Shown here: piece by piece, positions 32,123 through 45,942 of the stretch
Position numbering within the stretch: the stretch's first letter is position 1
Layout: each line of letters opens with the position of its first letter
Assembly: GCA_964016885.1 (NCBI GenBank)
Contig: OZ024742.1
Coordinates: 94,488,001 to 94,552,000 of the forward strand
Reading direction: 5' to 3'
DNA length: 64,000 nucleotides
From: Eledone cirrhosa
Taxonomy: Eukaryota
Program-made: the position numbers and the translations under genes
Notes under the pieces: model-generated
Database searches by the model: none
Told to the model about the DNA's origin: nothing
Seen by the model: only the letters and a program-made list of their open reading frames with translations

Positions 32123-32898
32123 ATGATGTTTCGCGGCTTTTTTATCGGCTTATTCATTTTTTCCATGGCACGGAAATGGAGTATTTCCATTTCGAATCAA
32201 AACTTTTCACTAAAATCGGGCAATTGGACTGATCAAATTCACATTCATGCCACTATTTACAAATCCATAATTAGAAATGTGGCGAAATCGAATATTAATT
32301 CAAATGTATTTACTTATCATACCGACAAAAATACTTAGATATTTTGTATACCTGGGGCCCGTCAGGGCCAGGTAATGTTAATCGCCAAGATTGTTATCTG
32401 TTGTCCTTTTGTGAAAGTATTGGTGGTTCATGTCGGCTCTAAGATCTGAATCCTCGTCGCACCGTTGGCACTACAAAGCTGTGCAAAGTAATACAATAAT
32501 TTTTGCCCAAGTATTTTTCATTAATCATTTATTTGTAAATTAAGGACAAAATGCCCATTCGAGGTACAAAACCGGAAAAACAGGGGAAGAGTCTCTTTGC
32601 AAGGCTACAGAAAATAGCGGAAAAGCACCACTGTACACCCATTTTCTACAGTGGTGTCATTCCACGTCCACAAAGTGTAATTGAAAATAAAAATGACTTG
32701 GGCAAGAGAAATTCTCGTTTGGAAAAGTTTAATTACTGCATGAAAGAAATGATTCAAAAATTGAACTTGCCCAATCTTCACAACATTGAAAATTGGTCAA
32801 AATTTGACAAATCTGACTTCAAACCAGATATGATTCATTTCAACAATGTTGGAAATCTTAAATTGACACAAATTTTTGCCAATGTTTTTGCCACCTGA
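32123..32898 (+). pseudogene. Intron-containing SGNH/GDSL hydrolase-like pseudogene
   Basis: Blocks occur in order: IG....SMAR, IPGAR, VVHVGS(N)DL (restored by a 1-nt frameshift), YSGVIPR and PDMIHFNNVG (DxxH). A GT-AG phase-0 intron at 32488-32544 joins the frames. Confidence 0.7.
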
Positions 32899-33078
32899 TC
32901 CTTGTTCTATGGCTGACTGACTAATTTTGTGACTTAATTAAATGTCATCATACTAGTAATGCACAATGGTCATTTTTAAATTTAAATTATATTAAATAGT
33001 TGTTGCTTGCATTGCATTAAAATAGTAACAAGAATGTACACATACTTTTTAAAAATACATCATTATCAGTCAAATCAG

Positions 33079-33439
33079 TCAAATGTCACTAAAAGCCAGG
33101 TGGTCGATAACAACTTCTATAAGATTAGTTACATGCTCACACATTGGATCACCTCTCATCAATGGTATTGGGTGTCTGAGATAATCGTGGAGATAACTGA
33201 TGAAGTCACAAATGAAGTGATGGTCTTCCAGTGTGAACAACTCCCTATATCCCTTTATATATGTGATGGCTTCCGATTCATAGGTGCATTTTATGAGGAA
33301 TTCTATGCATCCAATTTTCAGTGATTCAATGGGCATTTTATCAGAGATGATAAGGTATTTGACCACGTTTTGCTTTGTAAGTAAATTGGAGAGAATCACT
33401 GCAGTCAAAGTCATTTCTTTGCATGGGTTTTTGTCCATT
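33079..33439 (-). CDS. Exon or ORF resembling the BACK-type helical region that follows BTB domains
   Basis: LTKQNVVKYLIISDKMPIESLKIGCIEFL fits the L..N....L..AD......L...C..F pattern. It is preceded by a TTTTTAG acceptor. Confidence 0.45.
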
Positions 33440-33711
33440 CTAAAAAGTTAAAATGATAAAGTATTACTACTATATAACTTAAATCTATTGTTGTAACACC
33501 ATTGAAATGCACAAGTTTTACCAATTCACTAGTATGCACTAATCATCTCAAATGCATTCATGATTTACTAGCTTTGTCATTAAGCCAGTTGCCTCAACTA
33601 GATTGCAATTATACTCAAAAGAACTTTAAAATGTCAATCACTTGTCAGTAATTCACTATGATCATTTAATTATTAGATAGTTGTTGCTTGCATTGCCTTA
33701 AAAAATAGTAG

Positions 33712-34793
33712 ACCAGATAGAAAAATGCGTACAGCCCAAAAAAGTAATATTGTTGGAATATAAACCTATAAAAATACAGGACAAGAAACTATAAAACTTT
33801 AAAAGAATAGGACAATAAACTAAGATAAAACTTTAAAAGAATAGGACAAGAAACTAAGATAAAACTTTAAAAGAATAGGACAAGAAACTAAGATAAAACT
33901 TTAAAGAATTGGACAAGAAATAAAAAATTTTACAATAATATTAGTGGCAAATTTTTTTTATTCGTTTCCTGTGCTATGCCCCAGTATCTTCTTGATTAGT
34001 GCATAATAATTGTCATGCTCTCATTGTGCGTTGCCCCTGAGCGGTTGGTTCTGGTTGGGTTGGTTGGCTGAGCAGTTCTGCTCCGTCAGAATGACCATTG
34101 CAAGAAGAATTGGCCGATGCAGCTGCAGGTCTCCTCCAAGAATGCACTTCTGGTCCCGCAACACCAGACGAAGATGGAGAAGACGACCGGGACAAGATGT
34201 CGACTCTGACCACCGACTACGGCACCTCCCTCAACCACCGGTCCTCCCTCCCTCTGTCCCGTCATCCCTCCAGTCCTCCTGCTCCCCCTTCCTATACCAG
34301 AAAGCTGTGGCACGCATTCATCTGGACTGCCGGACTTGAACTCAAGGACAAGATGCAAGGAGAAGATGGACGGGTTGGTCAAGATCAAGGATGAGCGGGA
34401 CGACAAGACGTCCGCTGCTGCTCAAGATCTGTGCTCATGGGTCCATTCACATTATGCATGACACATGAGGCGTGTCGCCGAATGATGAAATAGGGGTATA
34501 GTTATGGCCCAATTGGTGTTCAAACCAGGATCAAATGATCCCCCCGGTCTGACGACGACCTCTGAATGTGGAACCCAGAGCCTATGAATGTGGAACTCGA
34601 TTTTTTACCAATAAAAATTTTGCCACTAATATTATTGTAAATTTTTTTATTTCTTGTCCAATTCTTTAAAGTTTTATCTTAGTTTCTTGTCCTATTCTTT
34701 TAAAGTTTTATCTTAGTTTCTTGTCCTGTATTTTTAAAGGTTTATATTCCAACAATATTACTTTTTTTTGCTGTACGCATTTTTCTATCTGGT
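33712..34793. repeat. Long inverted repeats (33712-33963 and 34609-34793) with internal ~33-bp tandem units, enclosing a GC-richer 650-bp core
   Basis: accagatagaaaaatgcgtacag versus ctgtacgcatttttctatctggt. The unit ggacaagaaactaagataaaactttaaaagaata differs in copy number between the arms. Confidence 0.9.
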
Positions 34794-34847
34794 GTATTTA
34801 TCCTTATCGAGCCATCTTTGGATTTTAGTCATGACATTTTTTATTAT

Positions 34848-34924
<77 letters not shown>

Positions 34925-35176
34925 CAATGGAAGATCCAATGATCCGAAGGAGTGTCCAGGTGTGACTTCGCTTGTGCCAAGCTGTATTGCACTTTACCTT
35001 TTCCTTGGATGACATTGGCTGTGGGTAGAGATATTGTACGCATGGACAACTGCTGGCCGTCCACATAAACATCTTTCCCAGGTTTGTGTCTCTGATCACA
35101 ATATTTTGGGTGCAAATCCCATGCTCATTTATGATAAAGTGGGATTTTACCATTTACCCTTTTATATATAATGAAC

Positions 35177-35252
<76 letters not shown>

Positions 35253-35297
35253 GTGACGAAACATAAGTGAATTGCATGAACTCATAATCCTTTATTT

Positions 35298-35353
35298 ACT
35301 GCTATATATATTTCGATGATAGCCATTGAATGGCTTTGACCTCATCAGGCAGT
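35298..35353 (-). ncRNA. Type I hammerhead ribozyme in a solo PLE end fragment (~35252-35417)
   Basis: ACTGC-CTGATGA-GGTCAAAGCCATTCAATGGCTATCATC-GAAA-TATATA-TA|GCAGT. Related to the 13077-13131 motif. Confidence 0.85.
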
Positions 35354-35443
35354 TAGTCAGTTCTTAGATATGCCAGCTCTGTGTGTATAGTGTTGATTGT
35401 ATCAGAGCCTTGGGACATATATATATATATATATATATATATC

Positions 35444-35444
<1 letters not shown>

Positions 35445-35487
<43 letters not shown>

Positions 35488-35728
35488 TTTTACGTCCGCT
35501 TTTCCCTGCTTGCAAGGGTGGGACGGGAACTGATTCTGGCTTGATTTCTACAGCTGGATGCCCTTCCTAACACTAACCTCATTTACAGTGAGTGCTGGGT
35601 GCTTTTCTGACGTGGCACCTCCACGACCACTTTGCAGTGGAATGATAGGGACCCCAGTCCTATCATCTCATTTCTACACCTGAGTAAACTGGAGCAATGT
35701 GAAATAAAGTGTCTTGCTCAAGGAAACA
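35445..35728 (-). mobile_element. 5'-truncated SINE (same family as 52487-52833)
   Basis: Reverse complement of the 52570-52830 body, with a (GAT)n tail. Confidence 0.88.
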
Positions 35729-35741
35729 ATATATATATATA

Positions 35742-36113
35742 CTAGCAGAGGTGTCCATCAAAGTACTGGTCTATTTTGAACGCTACAATATGTTTTGGCA
35801 CATATTAACGTTTTCTTTGTTAAATTATCTTTTTTATCATCTTAACTCTTCCACTATCTCATCCTCTCTGCCATCTACAGAATGTAGAAATAGAAACAAT
35901 TCCAAAACACAATGGCGAGTGTCATTTTAGATGAATACGGAAAAATAAATAGAATTGAATTAGATATAAATTATTGTTTTATATATCAAAATAAATACTA
36001 CCATTACTTGTCCAGTTAGATAAGGAACAATATATTTTTTTTGTGTATTCGTTCTATAATTTCTGAGTAAAACCTAGATACACACATACAACTTTCCTTT
36101 ATATTATAAAAGA
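35742..36113 (-). mobile_element. Probable non-autonomous Helitron remnant (related sequence continues to ~37240)
   Basis: The minus strand starts atcttttataatataaaagg and ends gCTAGt. A second CTAG end is near 36518, and internal segments recur at 36440-36517 and 37070-37230. Confidence 0.45.
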
Positions 36114-37628
36114 TATATAGGCATGTATGTGTAAGTAGCAACATAAATATGCAGGCATATATGTACTTAATTTGTGTAAGTGAATGTGTAATATAACTTT
36201 GTAATTATTTGTATGAGTAATGAAGTATTGCTGACATTATAATCGAGGAATGGTGTCCCCTACACTCTCTGTAACACATTTCCCCTTTCTTTTTAAAATC
36301 TGAATTCTCTCTTGCTTGACGTATTTCCCTTCTCTAAGATTTTCACTCTCATATTTTTTCATCCCTCTCTCTTTCAACTCGCATATTCTATCATATCTCC
36401 CTTTCTCATCTTCTCACATCCCCTCTCTTCCATTCCCTCATACTCTACGTCATTCTCTACTGAATGGAAAAAGAGAGATAATTCCAAAACGAAATGGCTA
36501 GATTGTTTTTATATGAACTAGCAGAAGAAACGCACTCCGGGCAGTTTTCTGCTAGCATATTTAGTGTGCATATTGATATTATATGCAAATATATATGCAT
36601 ATAGATATGATACGTAAATTGAAAAGTAAATTGACAATATGCACATAAATTGAACAAAGACTGTGTTACACTTTCTTCTGTAATCAGTAAAGTAATCCAT
36701 GATACATTAAAAAAGACGATCTCATGTATGTATAAATATATATGTTATCCCTACGGTGAAATCTTAAAAATAAATATATGTTAAAACGAAAAAGGAGAAA
36801 ATGGGATTAGCGACGGAAATATAAACGCTCTGATGAACGCTTACGGATGATGATATTTGAAAGTTTTAACAGAAGTGAATCTTGAAATAAGTAATACATT
36901 ATATGTAACATTATCTATGTTTAATCAAGAGCTAAGAAAGTTAGTAGATAAATTACATTATATTCATTCATGATTTATTCAATGTAATTCAACTCATTTT
37001 AATAACGTGATGTAAAATAAATTGGACACAATCTCGCAGTTCTCTAATCGTTATTTATTAGATATGGGAAAATTAATAGAATAGAATTTGTTATAAATTA
37101 CTGTCTTATACATCAAAATAAATGCTACCATTACTTGTCTTGTGCAAGAAGGAACAATACTTATGTCTTTTTGTGTGTGTTCATTCTTTAATTTCTGAAT
37201 ATAACCTGGACACTTACAAAGATAACATTTTCTTGCCAAACTAAGGACTGAGTGGACCCATCAGTTGTGTGAATGAAATACACTACAACTTCTCTAGTGA
37301 TGGTATCACAATAAAATATATGTAGTAGTATGTGTAACCATATGTAAGCGAAATGGGAACCCCCTAACTTTCTCAGAGATCAGTAGCCTAGCTTCAGTAC
37401 TGAGTTTGTCTGTGAAGACACATCTAATCTTTGATTGCAGCGAAAGCTGACATTAAATGATGGTGATGTGTTTTGTAATTTATGAGAAGATATATTCCAT
37501 CAATAGTTGTATCATATTATCATCCGAGCATGCTTATTTCACGGATATAACCATACTCTACTACCCCAATTATCGACTGCTCTGTTGAGTAATGGTTTAA
37601 CTGGTTTCAAACTGAATCCATCCTGATT

Positions 37629-37687
<59 letters not shown>

Positions 37688-38748
37688 GTATATATATATA
37701 TATATAACAAAGAAAGTGTGGTAAGAAACCAGGTGGACCATAACGCACCAGAGTACTCAATACTTAGGGTAGTAGAGTGGGTAATAGGAAAAGAGTCATT
37801 CATGCATGTATGTATAGGTGTATAGATATTTGTGTGTACATGCGAGTATATATAGATGTGCCTGTAGAATCCACAGAAACACGTGTGCATACACGCAAAA
37901 AACATTTTAAAAATTGAGACGCATACAAACACGCTCATATACAGACATACACATACTCAAATCAAAACATATACACACATGCACACAAAAAAAACAATTT
38001 ACATACATACACGTGTATACACATACACCCAAGCCTTCACACTCACGCACACATAAACAATAAAAATATGTCACACACGCACACGGTTGTACACATACAC
38101 ACAATCATACATAACCACATACAAACACTCACATACAAAAACATACACATACACACAGAACCTACAAAACTCCACACATAAACACACACACACAAACACA
38201 GAAGAATTCACAGGTGTACAAGTGGATATACACACACTCAAACATAAACACATATAAACACTCATACATAAACATACACACACACATGCACTCTTACAAA
38301 AACATACACATATATGCATACACAAAAAAAATGAAAAAATCCATTGCAAACATACACACACACACATATGTGCACATATATAAAAACAGAAGGACTAAAG
38401 CACATAAATCCACACACAAACCATACAAAACCCCCCACACACACGCGTGTGTATGCACACACATACATGAATATACACACACTCATAAAACACCTACACA
38501 TGTGCACATACAAAAAACTACATAAAACTCACAGACACAGGCAGTTCCATCAATGAAACTCCAACCAAACATACAGGCAGAAGCAATAATGCAGACCCAT
38601 GAAATAGACTTCATTTGCACACACATAACAACACCCATGGCACATATGGACTCTCCACCTCAGCCCCCACCACTAACAAATGCCGGACTACTCACCTACC
38701 AACCATAAACTTCTGAAAACCTTTTTTTCCAAACTCCAATGTTCCAGT

Positions 38749-38796
<48 letters not shown>

Positions 38797-38806
38797 ACTC
38801 ACTCAC

Positions 38807-38846
<40 letters not shown>

Positions 38847-38866
38847 GCTCTCTCTCTCTCCATTTC

Positions 38867-38894
38867 CTGAGGAAGGACTTGTGTCTGAAACGTC
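38867..38894 (+). ncRNA. Minimal hammerhead-like remnant of an old PLE end
   Basis: CTGAGGA-A-GGAC-TTGT-GTCT-GAAA-CG-TC. Stem I is not evident. Confidence 0.45.
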
Positions 38895-39769
38895 AACCCA
38901 CTTCTACTTCCACCTATGCGGGATACTAATAAGAGCTAATATTTTTGTAGCTCTGTGTTTTTCTTGTCATTTTTTGAACTAAATATATATATATATGTAT
39001 GTGTGTGTATATTCGTTGTTTTGTTGAACTCCAGATCAACTCTGATTGTGCAGGTGAATAGTGAAAGGCATTTCACTTATGACGATCTCAGATGACATTT
39101 TTTTAATGTATACCTTCTTTAAGACAGTGAAATTGTGATTTAATGAAGATTTAGTTGCTATGTCTTGTAGGCCTGGTAACCAAGTAGAGGCTCTATCATT
39201 GAGTTAATATGAGTAATATTTTAAAACCATACCATTTGCTCTGATAAAGCAGTAATCAACTTTGGACATGCCACAACAAGTTTAATGCTCATCTTAGTTC
39301 TCGTGATAGGAGTAGATGTCCCTCCTGGTGCTAACATTTTTAGTTGCCTTCAATATGCAAGGATAGAATGTAACTATTCTAAACTGGATACACAGAATAA
39401 TATGTTTAATGTGTATGTTATAAGAAACATCAATAAATATATAAACATTCACCCAGAAAGTAGATTTGTGATTAACTGTTATTAATAATGATAAAGTTTT
39501 CTATGTGAGACTGTTATGACACCACATTATGAGATATTTTATTAGTCTGTGTGATATCTCTCTTATATAACAGTTTACTAACTAAGCTTGTTTGATACTC
39601 TAACTGACCATAATCTTTCCTGATAAAATATAATCACATTATACAGGTATTGGAAATACTGTGCTTCTTTATACTCTTTTATACATGGACACAGCCTGGA
39701 TAAATGATTAAGAAGTTTGCTTCTCAATCATGAGTAATTGGTTTCAATTCTACTGAGTGGGTTTTTTCT

Positions 39770-42345
39770 AGCATCCTTAACAAATAAATATGAAGTGATT
39801 AAATGACACAGATACAAGGTTTTCTGTGAAGGGAATGAGGATAGAGTAAGTAGAGTAGGTATTATACTAACTGAGAAGTAGATAGATAAGGTAATCGAAG
39901 TAGTTAAAGTAAGTAACAAATTTATCATAGGCAATAGGAAGAGGACAATTATCTGAAGCTACACACAACAAGCAGGCCTATGTAAGGAACAAAAAGACTG
40001 CTTCTATGAGCAAGTTTTACAGACAACTTCAGTTACAGATGACAGAGATCTCATTATCCTAGCTGGTGCCTGCAATGAGCATGTTGGACAGCACTAGGAT
40101 GGAAACACTAGAGTACACTGTGGATATAGTTATTGCTTGAGAAATGAAGCGGAGTGAGCCTCCTGGACTTGTGTGATGCAAATGAACTGACTATTTTCAA
40201 CACTAACTTCAAGAAACCTGCCATCCTCCAGACCACCTAACAATAAGGTGAACACACAAGCCAGATTGACCTTTTACTCATTAAAACATTTGACAGGCAG
40301 AAGATTTTGCATGCTATGTACATCTCCAGAGAAGAATCCATCACACAACATAAATTAGATATTAACGATATCAGAATGAGCACAACATTCAACAAGACAC
40401 AGTAAAATTTGGAGGAGAGTATAGAAACTAAAGAACGTGTATGTTAAATATTGATTTAAGAAAGCTCTATGTAAAGCCTAGGACATGAGGGAGGAGTCAT
40501 ATATATATATATGACATAGATGACATTTGGAAATTTCTACAATATAACTTAGTACAGGCTGTTGAGGACACAATTAGATAGAGCTGTTAAAAAACTAAAA
40601 GAGAAGTTAGATGATAGGTATACATAGTTCAAAGAGAAGCTGAAAAAGGAGGTTTGACAATGTCTTGTGATAGTTGCAAGAATCAGTGATGTGAAGTGTT
40701 CTGCATCACTAAGTAGTGTGTACATGATAACCAAGACTTTGTTCAATAAAAGTGTTGGAAATGACACTGGTGTGAGGCACTACTAATACCGAAATAAAGA
40801 GGCCTGGAAATACTATTATGAGAGGTTGATGAATGTAGAATTAGTCACCTATACAATCAATCAGGTTGTATAAGATGGTGTATTAGTATACTTACCAATT
40901 GCTGCAAGGGAAAAGGTGATACACTTGAAAGGAGCAATTTCAGGGGCATAAAACTAATGGGTCATGTAATGAAAGTGACTCAAAGAGTTTTAACATAACT
41001 AATTAAGGAAAGATTGAAATTAGATGAGATGCAGTTTGGTTTACTGCCAGGGAGAAGTACTACAGATGCACACTTCTTAGTGAAATAACTTGACGAGGAG
41101 TTCTTAGTTAGGGATAAGTCTCTATATTTAGCTTTTGTTGATCTAGAAAATGCTTTTGACAGATTACCTTGTTCCCTCTTATGGTGGTCCTTCAGGAAAC
41201 TAGGCATAGAAGAATGGCTTTTAAGAGCAGTGCAAGCTATATATAGAGGAGCTGTTAGTAAGGTAAGAGTAGGTAGTGAGTTTAGTGAAGAATTCAGAGT
41301 GCATGTGGGTGTTCATCAGTGCTCAATCCCTGGCTTGTTCCTATTCATTATAATACTCCAGGCCATAACAGAGGAGTTTAAGAAAGGTTGCCCATGGAAA
41401 TGGCTGTATGCTGATGGTCTGGTTCTTATAGACATATCAGTGAAAGTGTTAGTGAAGGAATTCTGGCTTTGGTGACCAAACTTAGAATTAAAAGGGCTGA
41501 GAGAAACATTAGAGTGTTTGTAAGCAGAGAATACAGGAATTTGATCCTATCAGAAAAGTGGGTAGGAAAAGGAGTAGATACACAAAAGTAAATCTTGGTT
41601 ACACGAGAGGTGTAGTGAGATAGTAAGCAGTCTAATAGAAAAGGTAAACATTTTATGTAGCAGATGCACAGAGAGAGTTAGCAGTAAAAGCATCAGTAAA
41701 ATAAACGTTTTCCATTCCTAGAAAGGCCCCATAGAAGTGGTTGATAGCTTCTGTTACATAGGAAATATAATTTGCTGAGGATGCTGCACTGCGAGCATAA
41801 AAGCTAGAGCAAGAACAGGATGGAAAATGTTCAGATAACTACTGTGTTTGTTGTCAGGAAAATGTTTCTTGCTATGAAAGAAAGGCTGGCTGTATCATGC
41901 CGTGTATGAGGTGCGATGTTTCATAGTATTGGGACATAAACAGTGACTGTGGAGGATATGCGAAGGGTGGAAAGAAATGAAGCAAGCATGCTCCGATCGA
42001 TTTGGAATGTTAATACGTGTGAAATGCAAAATATAGATGAGCTAAGAGAGAGGTAGTTATAAGAGGAATCAGATATAGTGAACAGGAGAGAAGACTGTAC
42101 TAGTATGGAAATTTGATGCATATGGATAATAACTGATGGGTAAAGAAGTGCCCAGAAATCCCAAAGGAAGTAATCTACGGTAGATGGAGACCAAAGAAAA
42201 TCTGTTCAGAAGTTGTTAGAGCTGATCTCAAATCACTAAATATCACACAAAAGATGAGCGACCAAGATGAATACAGAGATGCTGTGCTGGAAAGAACATG
42301 TCCAACCCATACAACCATGAAAAAGCAGACATAAAACTGACAATG
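39770..42345 (+). pseudogene. Decayed RTE-type LINE (APE and RT remnants)
   Basis: MQFGLLPGRSTTDAHF, YLAFVDLENAFDR, VGVHQ and LYADGLV, with many stops. The 3' tail resembles that at 62515-62570. Confidence 0.85.
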
Positions 42346-43134
42346 ATTAGTAATGGACTATTATGAATAACATCTGTATTACCATATTGGGTAGCAGAAT
42401 ATATAGCAGCATAATTAACCAACCAATCAAACATTATCACGATAAACAAGTAAAATGTGTAAAGAACAAAATTAAGGATACAAAATGTAGAGACATATGA
42501 TAGATAGAACAAGTAGAACGTCAAATAAAAGTATTGGGACATAAACAGTGACTGTGGGGGATATGCGAAGGGTGGAAAGAAATGAAGCAAGCATGCTCCG
42601 ATCGATTTGGAATGTTAATACGTGTGAAATGCAAAATATAGATGAGCTAAGAGAGAGGTAGTTATAAGAGGAATCAGATATAGTGAACAGGAGAGAAGAC
42701 TGTACTGGTATGGAAATTTGATGCATATGGATAATAACTGATGGGTAAAGAAGTGCCCAGAAATCCCAAAGGAAGTAATCTACGGTAGATGGAGACCAAA
42801 GAAAATCTGTTCAGAAGTTGTTAGAGCTGATCTCAAATCACTAAATATCACACAAAAGATGAGCGACCAAGATGAATACAGAGATGCTGTGCTGGAAAGA
42901 ACATGTCCAACCCATACAACCATGAAAAAGCAGACATAAAACTGACAATGATTAGTAATGGACTATTATGAATAACATCTGTATTACCATATTGGGTAGC
43001 AGAATATATAGCAGCATAATTAACCAACCAATCAAACATTATCACGATAAACAAGTAAAATGTGTAAAGAACAAAATTAAGGATACAAAATGTAGAGACA
43101 TATGATAGATAGAACAAGTAGAACGTCAAATAAA
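41925..43134 (+). repeat. 605-bp tandem duplication (41925-42529 and 42530-43134)
   Basis: agtattgggacataaacagtgactgtgg starts both units, which are nearly identical. Confidence 0.95.
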
Positions 43135-43679
43135 ATGCCATGAGGTATTGAGTTCTTTATGTTATAAACTCAAATCTCATAGAGGTCAACTTGAACTTTT
43201 ATCTTTTCTGGATAAATAAAAGAAAGTCAAATACTGATGTCAAAATATCTGACTATTCTCTCACTCCAAATGTATTCACCCTTGTCTTTATGTAAAAAGG
43301 CAATATGTTAATCAAACAATAGTGTGATAACCAGAGACATAAAATACAATAGCATGATAAAGAAAGGAATATAATTGTGTGATAAACACATATACAGTAC
43401 TGTGATTAACAAATTAAAATATATACAGTAGCATGATGAACAGACAAAGCTAACCAGTAATGTGATAAACAGACAAATATATATAAAATGTGATATACAG
43501 ACTAAGATATAGACTGGCAAAAAATACAGTAAAAACTGACACAGATATAGAGTAGTTTGATAAATACACTAAAATAATAAACCTAAACATAAAATATACA
43601 GTAATGTTGTAAACAGATTTATAGTGTATGATACGGCAAAAACATAAAGATAAACACAATTATAAAGTATTATCTTCTC

Positions 43680-44400
43680 CACCCACTTATTCCTGGGACT
43701 TGAGTACTCCTTCCAGCCTGTTCTGTCAGATGCAACCATCTCCAATTGATTGAGTTGGTTTTGCAAGTGAGACCAGCCAGGCTCATGGATGTTATCCAAC
43801 CATCTTGCTAGAGGGTAACCCCTGGGTCTCCTGTGAGTTAGTTTTGCTTGTAGAATCTGTCCACTAAATCTTTCCTGAGACATTCTACTTACATGTCCAT
43901 AATATCAGAGCTGTCATCTCTCAATTCAGAGAAGTAGCAGCTTTACCTAAAGTGACTCTCTGATCACTGAGCTATACACTCTATTGAGCAATATTATTCG
44001 AAAGCTCTTTCGGGAGAACCCTATTTAAGCCACTTGTATTTACAATTGTATTCTTTCTGTCATTATCTAAGATTCATGAACATAGTTAATGGTGGGCATG
44101 AATGAAAAAGATCAGAGACAATAACAAAATCTATTATTTATCTCTGTCCCAGATTCCTCTTATACTATGTGTATTTATGGATGTCTTTGTGCTAGGTGTT
44201 CATAATAGAGATTTTTATTACTAGAGCAGAAGTCTAATAAGGCCTCTCCATTTTTATTTAGATCAGGATCTCTCCTCTTTCCAATTACTCCTTCAGCACC
44301 AACATATACATCGAAATCTCTCATTAGAATATATTACACAGTCTTAACTACATCTGGTGTTGTCATCAAGAAACGATCTATATTTGGTCTCTCTGTTTGG
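43680..44400 (-). pseudogene. Decayed LINE remnant (RTE-like)
   Basis: RRPRGYPLARWLDNI...ASDRTGWK resembles an RTE C-terminus. Confidence 0.55.
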
Positions 44401-45942
44401 TACAATTAAGTTACGCCTCCCCAGAGACCTTTCTTTCAGCCTAAGCATCATCAACAAAATGATACAGTTTATGATAAGTAAACAAATGTAATCAAACATG
44501 TGATAAATAGATTAAACTATACAACAGCCTGATAAACATAGAGTATGAAAAATGAAGCTCAGATGTACTGAGAAAAAAAGATTACAAGAGGAGGCAGGTG
44601 TGTACAAGAGAGATTGTTGCACCGTTACAGACGTGTGTTGAGTATGAAGGATGACAGTTTGATATAGAAGTGCCAATTGATCCCTGTGGAAGGAAACAGT
44701 AGAAGAGAAAATCCAAAGAAGGTATGAGAAGAAATAGTGAAGGCTCGATCTCATGTAGGAGCAGGTTATAAGGGGCAAGATGCTGTTTTCCATGGTGGAA
44801 AAAATAATGGGTTAAGAACCACACCTTGCTAATGAGTTTTCAAGTCTTGATGGAGTCATAGAATCACTTGGACATTTTTAAATCTACCAGAGTTCATCCT
44901 TTTCCAGGCCTGAGCATAGCTGATTTCTTCTAGGGAGAGATAAAGTGAAAGAGAGAGAGAGTGGTGTGAGAGACAGGGACAGTAAAGATGGAAGTGAGAG
45001 AAGGCTAAACCACCTGTACTGAACTGATAGGTACTTTATCTGACCTCGGCTGGACTGGAACTCAGAGTACAGCAAGTTGTAATGAATACTACAAAGCATT
45101 GTATCAAATGTTCTAATGAGTCTTCCACCTCACCACCACTACTACAACTACCTTCTAACCATCACCACCACCACCACTGCCCCAACAACCGCCAAACAAC
45201 CACCACCAAGACAAAAATGAAATAACAATTTCCTATCAGAATTAGTTATTGTTTATTTGAGTCTCCACATTAGAAATTTTAAACTTCACAAATTTATAAA
45301 TTTATAATGCTTTCATATCCCAACATCAGAAGAAAGAATTTGGATTTAAAAAAAAAAATGTGAATCTGTCAATATATGTCAAATTTTTGTGATAATTTAG
45401 AACACAGTGAAAAAAGACTGAAATTTGAACACAAATTGATAAACCATCTCAAATTATATATTGAATTTTAATTCAAATTGAATTCCAATTTCAGATTTTT
45501 ACTAATCCTGATTAAAGTTTTTTTTTGTTTAAGTGTTACAGTTTTGTTAATTTAAAATGTCATTTTGAAAAAAAACACAAAGAAAACTAGGAAAATATCA
45601 AATTGTCCATCCTTGAATAAAACCATTTTCAAATATAATTGTACAAACACTGTCATGCTAAAAAGAAATATGGTGAGTGGCTGGAGACAACAAGGAGTTG
45701 AGAAGTCCATTTAACTTGTAGTGGACAAAACAGCTTTTCTAGTATTGATATCACAATGGTGTGCATTAACAATGCAGAATACAAGAAACCTTCTGATCAT
45801 GTCAAGGACCTGAAAACCTCTCTAGAATTAGTGTCACAATAAAACAAACCCTGGGCACTCTGTAATGTGGCAGTGTTGGTGTCGAGATAAAAAGCCCCCA
45901 TTATATTCTGTAAAGAAGCAGTGTTTGTGTCATGATAAAATA

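Noticed and set aside
33770-33920. ~33-bp repeats resembling a CRISPR array
   Set aside because: The units are contiguous with no unique spacers, the context is eukaryotic and there are no cas genes.
36830-36876. CTGATGA...GAAA hammerhead candidate
   Set aside because: No convincing stem I or II pairing. The same applies to CTGATGA at 56578 (no GAAA) and CTGAGGA on the minus strand at ~25765.
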